NCBI GenBank assembly: GCA_033762295.1
Contig: JANRLW010000089.1
Span: 1 to 62,763, forward strand
DNA: 62,763 nt
Source: Capsulimonadales bacterium
Lineage (GTDB): Bacteria; Armatimonadota; Armatimonadia; Armatimonadales; Armatimonadaceae
Direction of reading: 5' to 3'
Both the position numbers and the translations under genes were made by a program. Shown in pieces: positions 59,159 to 62,763 of this stretch (positions are counted from its first letter, which is position 1; every line of letters begins with the position of its first letter). The notes under the pieces were generated by a model that saw only the letters and a list, made by a program, of their open reading frames with translations, was not told the DNA's origin and did no database searches.

Positions 59159-60121
59159 ATGAGTGCGACCCCGATCCCGACCGTGGACGAGTTCGGCGAA
59201 CCGTCGTCGGCACGGTCTATGCCCTTGCCGATTCCGCTGATGGCCGTGGCGGCGGTTCTGTTTCTGGGCATTTACGGTCCGACGTTCCTCTGGATGATGC
59301 AGCGATGGAACGCCGATCCGTCGGCGACGCATGGCTGGCTGGTGATCCCGATCGCCGGGGCGGTGGCGTACGGTCGGCGGGAGCGTTTGCGTCGTCTCCC
59401 GCTGTCGTCGCACCCGGCCGGTTTGACGGTGATGGGTTGCGCGCTGTTTCTGCACCTGTTGGAGAAGTTTTTCGATATCAACGGTCCGTCGCCGCTGTCG
59501 ATCCCGTTCTTTCTGGCGGGGGCGGTCTGGTACTTTGCCGGGACCGCCTGGCTCCGGGAGTTATCGTTTCCGCTGGCCTATCTTCTGTTTATGGTGCCGA
59601 TTCCGGGCGCGGTGAACCAGTTCGTGTCGTTTCCGTTGCGTTTGCTGGCGCATAACGGGTCGAAGGCGATTGCGGGTCTGTTCGGGGTGGAGATCGCCGG
59701 AGCGGGAATGAGCATGGAGTTCTGGCGTCCCGGAAGCGACCATACGAACCCGGAACGGGACCTGGTGTCGCTGATGGTGGCCGACCCCTGTTCGGGTCTG
59801 CACTCGCTGATGGCGATCAAGGCGCTCCACGCGATCACGGCGTATCTTTCGCGTTTGAATCTGACGTGGAAGTGGATTCTGTTCTGGTGCGCCCTGCCGA
59901 TCTCGCTGCTGGCGAACGTCTTCCGGATGGTTTTCATCATTCTGGTCAGCGCGTATGCGGACAAGAATTTCGGGTTGCACCTGTTTCACGATTACTCCCC
60001 CTACCTGCTGTTCCTGTTCGTTTTCGGGATTCTGTTTTTCGTCGGGCTGGTTATGGAACTGGTGACCGGCGCGTACAGCCGGGAGGATTCGGCGCACGGA
60101 GGACTGGCCAATGTCGGATAG
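59159..60121 (+). CDS. Exosortase/archaeosortase family protein
   Basis: HGWLV, FPLAYLLFMVPIP, triad C (DPCSGL), R (ANVFR), H (FHDY). Confidence 0.93.
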   Translation: MSATPIPTVDEFGEPSSARSMPLPIPLMAVAAVLFLGIYGPTFLWMMQRWNADPSATHGWLVIPIAGAVAYGRRERLRRLPLSSHPAGLTVMGCALFLHLLEKFFDINGPSPLSIPFFLAGAVWYFAGTAWLRELSFPLAYLLFMVPIPGAVNQFVSFPLRLLAHNGSKAIAGLFGVEIAGAGMSMEFWRPGSDHTNPERDLVSLMVADPCSGLHSLMAIKALHAITAYLSRLNLTWKWILFWCALPISLLANVFRMVFIILVSAYADKNFGLHLFHDYSPYLLFLFVFGILFFVGLVMELVTGAYSREDSAHGGLANVG

Positions 60122-61250
60122 CGGATTCCGGATCCTGGTTTTGCTGGCGGGAGTGGCCGTCCTGATCGGCGTCGGTTTCTTTTTCGCGCGGCTGGGCGGT
60201 GAAGCGGCGTATCGAAAGGGTTACCCCCGTCCGTTCGGCTTCCTGCTCGGGTTTTATTTTACGGTGATCGGTCTGGCGATTCTGCGCGGCATGAAACCGA
60301 ACGAGTTCGAGTTGCGGCGGCGGGCGGAGGCGGCTTCGCTTCCGCCTCCGGATCGGGAGGCGGGCGGAGCGAAGGAGTCCCTTCCCTGGGACAATCTGGT
60401 GTATCCGGGCAATCGTCCGAACTTTCGGGCGGCGATCGTTTTTCTGGCGATCGGTTGCGGGTTGACCTGGATGCTGCAGTTCCGTCCGGAGGACCTGGGC
60501 GGGCGTCAGGCGACGGTTCGGTCGGTGCCGTATGAGGTGGGACCGTGGAAGTGTGTCGCCGAGCAGACGAAGTCCTCGAGCGGAACGACGCTGTTGCGGT
60601 TTTTCGGCAACGAGGGCGGTGTCTGGCAGTGTCTTCGGGAGCAGTCGGCGGGGGACCAGGGGCAGGACGCGGTCATGCAGCAGTTGAAAGCCGACGACTA
60701 TTTTATGAGGACCTATGTCAACCAGAACGATGGTCATGTCGTTCAACTGTATCTGGTGTATCGGCGTTACGGTCGACGGGAGTTCAACCACAATCCGGAC
60801 ATGTGTTTCCCGGCAGGCGGTTACGTTCTGAAGATGCGCGATGTGGCGGATCTGCCGTATGCGGGTCGGATGGCCCCGGCGGTGCACATGACGTTCGACG
60901 GAAGCAAGGTGGAGCGTGCGCCGGGTCAGGTCGGGGTTCCGGAGACGACCGTTTCGTATTTGTTTGCGTCGGGCCGGAAGACGGAGCATCAGTTTCTGCG
61001 TCAGCAGTTGTGGATGGCGCTGGAGCGTCTTCTGCCGAACAAGAACGGTTGGGCGTTGCTCCGTCTGACGACGGAACACCAACGAATGACGGGTCCGTCG
61101 ACAACGGAACCGATTTCGGCGAACGAGGCATTATCGGCGCAGCAGGACTTCATGCAGGCGGTGGGTGGCGAAATCGAGAAGGCGATTACGACGGACGCCA
61201 CGACGGAGGCGCCGATCGTGAACGCGGACGGCACGCTCGTTACGCCGTAG
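60111..61250 (+). CDS. Exosortase-associated EpsI family protein with N-terminal membrane extension
   Basis: VPYEVGPW, LKADDYFMRTY, HNPDMCFPAGGY, ALLRL. Confidence 0.85.
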   Translation: MSDSGFRILVLLAGVAVLIGVGFFFARLGGEAAYRKGYPRPFGFLLGFYFTVIGLAILRGMKPNEFELRRRAEAASLPPPDREAGGAKESLPWDNLVYPGNRPNFRAAIVFLAIGCGLTWMLQFRPEDLGGRQATVRSVPYEVGPWKCVAEQTKSSSGTTLLRFFGNEGGVWQCLREQSAGDQGQDAVMQQLKADDYFMRTYVNQNDGHVVQLYLVYRRYGRREFNHNPDMCFPAGGYVLKMRDVADLPYAGRMAPAVHMTFDGSKVERAPGQVGVPETTVSYLFASGRKTEHQFLRQQLWMALERLLPNKNGWALLRLTTEHQRMTGPSTTEPISANEALSAQQDFMQAVGGEIEKAITTDATTEAPIVNADGTLVTP

Positions 61251-61291
61251 TCGGCATTTCGGCGGGTTTGCCGGTACGATATCGGGTGGCT

Positions 61292-61924
61292 ATGAATCTG
61301 GCAGTTTTTGTGGGGCCGCGTGGCCGAGGGTCGAACCTTTCGGCGCTCTGTACGGCTATTTCGGAGGGGCGGCTTTCGGCGCGGATCGTTCTGGTTCTGG
61401 GAACGAAGCCGGACGCCCCGGCGTTGTTGCGGGCGGCGGAGATCGGCTTGCCCACCCTGGTGGTCGATCCGCGCGGGGACGCAACGGAGTACGGGGAGCG
61501 GCTTCTGGGCGCGCTTGCCGCGGCAGGGGCGGATACGATCGCTCTGGCGGGGTATCTGCGTCGGCTGCCGTCGTCGGTGGTCGGAGCGTTTCCGCACCGC
61601 ATCGTGAACATTCATCCCTCGCTGCTCCCGGCGTTTGGCGGTCAGGGGATGTACGGCGAGCACGTCCACCGCGCGGTTCTGGAGTACGGGGCGAAGGTAT
61701 CGGGTTGTACGGTTCATTTCGTGGATGAATCGTACGATACGGGACCGATCATTCTTCAGCGAGCGGTTCCGGTGGAGGAGAACGATACGCCGGAAACTCT
61801 GGCGGCGCGGATACTTCCGGCGGAGCATCGTTTGTTTGCGGAGGCGTTGCAGCTTCTGGCGGCGGGTCGTTTACGGGTGGAGGGTCGGATCGTCCGGATT
61901 TACCAGGGCGACGATCCGGCGTAG
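61292..61924 (+). CDS. purN: Phosphoribosylglycinamide formyltransferase
   Basis: GRGSNL, LAGY, NIHPSLLPAFGG, SGCTVHFV..YDTGPII. Confidence 0.97.
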   Translation: MNLAVFVGPRGRGSNLSALCTAISEGRLSARIVLVLGTKPDAPALLRAAEIGLPTLVVDPRGDATEYGERLLGALAAAGADTIALAGYLRRLPSSVVGAFPHRIVNIHPSLLPAFGGQGMYGEHVHRAVLEYGAKVSGCTVHFVDESYDTGPIILQRAVPVEENDTPETLAARILPAEHRLFAEALQLLAAGRLRVEGRIVRIYQGDDPA

Positions 61925-62403
61925 TCCGACCAGGTCGGGTGGGTGTCGTCGGTTTCGGGCGGTTCCGAAGATGCGACGGCCCGTTGCAGGACGGCGGCGA
62001 TCTCCTCCGGGGTGAAGCCCTCCTCGGCGGCGGCTTCGGCCATCTCCTCCTCGTTCGTCTCTCCTCGCGTTTGCCGGTAGTACTCCACGAATTGCGCGGC
62101 GGCGTTCAGGCAGCCTTCGTGTCGTCCGGTGAGATGTTCGAGGAGCAGGTTTTCGACAAGATCCTCGGCGAGGGCCAGCAGTTCGTCGTCGGTAATCTCC
62201 TCCAGGTGGCGTTCCCGCACAGGATTTCCGGGAAACCTGGCGATATCTTTTAAGGTGAAAACGATCAATTCGTTTATCGATTCCTTTCCGTCTCTCCCGG
62301 AAGGAGTACTGAATCGGTGAGAGGCGGACCGGAAATCGGAGAGGGCCGGAGGTTTGTCGGCGTAAAATCTACCGGTGGGGCCGATTGGTCGGATTGTCCA
62401 CAA
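61900..62403 (-). CDS. Acidic hypothetical protein (start uncertain)
   Basis: Only plausible ORF between purN and nrdR; helical acidic composition. Confidence 0.6.
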   Translation of the reverse strand: MWTIRPIGPTGRFYADKPPALSDFRSASHRFSTPSGRDGKESINELIVFTLKDIARFPGNPVRERHLEEITDDELLALAEDLVENLLLEHLTGRHEGCLNAAAQFVEYYRQTRGETNEEEMAEAAAEEGFTPEEIAAVLQRAVASSEPPETDDTHPTWSDYAGSSPW

Positions 62404-62421
62404 AATAGGCGGTTCATCCTC

Positions 62422-62475
62422 TTGACTTCCCTATATATGGTGGGTAAAATCGTCGTGTCATACAAGATATAGTTC
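62422..62475 (+). promoter_or_regulatory. nrdR promoter with two tandem NrdR boxes
   Basis: TTGACT-N17-TAAAAT; TCCCTATATATGGTGG (62428) and ATACAAGATATAGTTC (62460), 32 bp apart, resemble acaCwAtATaTwGtgt. Confidence 0.8.
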
Positions 62476-62502
62476 CGACGCCGTGGAATTGCGAACCTAC
62501 AT

Positions 62503-62763
62503 ATGAAATGCCCGTATTGCGGCACGCTGGACAAGGATCACGTTCTGGATTCCCGCCCGGTTCGAGAGGGTGCGGCGATCAAGCGTCGGCGGGAGTGCGA
62601 AGCTTGCAAAGGTCGCTTTACGACCTTTGAGGAGATTGAGGAGTTACGGGTCATGGTGGTAAAGCGGGAAGGGCGTTCCCGCGAGGCGTTCGACCGCATG
62701 AAATTGCGCCGTGCCGTCGAACTCGCCTGTAAAAAGCGCCCGGTGAATGCGGATCAGATCACG
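62503..62763 (+). CDS. nrdR: Transcriptional repressor NrdR (runs off window)
   Basis: Manual translation MKCPYCG...VLDSR...[18 protein letters not shown]...[14 protein letters not shown]; not in ORF track. Confidence 0.97.
   Translation, partial: MKCPYCGTLDKDHVLDSRPVREGAAIKRRRECEACKGRFTTFEEIEELRVMVVKREGRSREAFDRMKLRRAVELACKKRPVNADQIT

Overview
GC-rich bacterial chromosomal window with about 58 genes. The gene repertoire (prepilin/H-X9-DG protein, secretin-N-domain-like secreted proteins, CRTAC1+TPR pair, exosortase/EpsI) suggests Armatimonadota or a PVC-like lineage; this is inference. Layout: (1) 0.3-7.0 kb general-stress-like cluster (two SDRs, KGG-repeat protein, receiver protein, GH130, 735-aa unknown); (2) GH95, smpB, lysA; (3) 11.9-13.7 kb cassette, the most unusual element: a coupled AbrB-like/'NWDG' gene plus a putative ADP-ribosyltransferase-fold gene, bracketed by two inverted copies of a MITE-like repeat and an IS3 remnant; (4) RNHCP + SpoU methylase behind a strongly structured leader containing a uORF; (5) mixed housekeeping/envelope genes (aroE, MoxR, ECF sigma/anti-sigma/NfeD, feoAB, gpsA, glgP); (6) 41-61 kb surface-glycan locus (two wzm, wzt, gmd/rmd, seven GT4/GT2 glycosyltransferases, ligase-like protein, priming GT, GT-C, exosortase, EpsI); (7) purN and nrdR with tandem NrdR boxes. 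Also seen: a candidate ~60-nt sRNA, a recurring ECF-type promoter motif and several apparently leaderless genes. No rRNA, tRNA or CRISPR array was recognised. All calls are from manual motif recognition; no searches were run.
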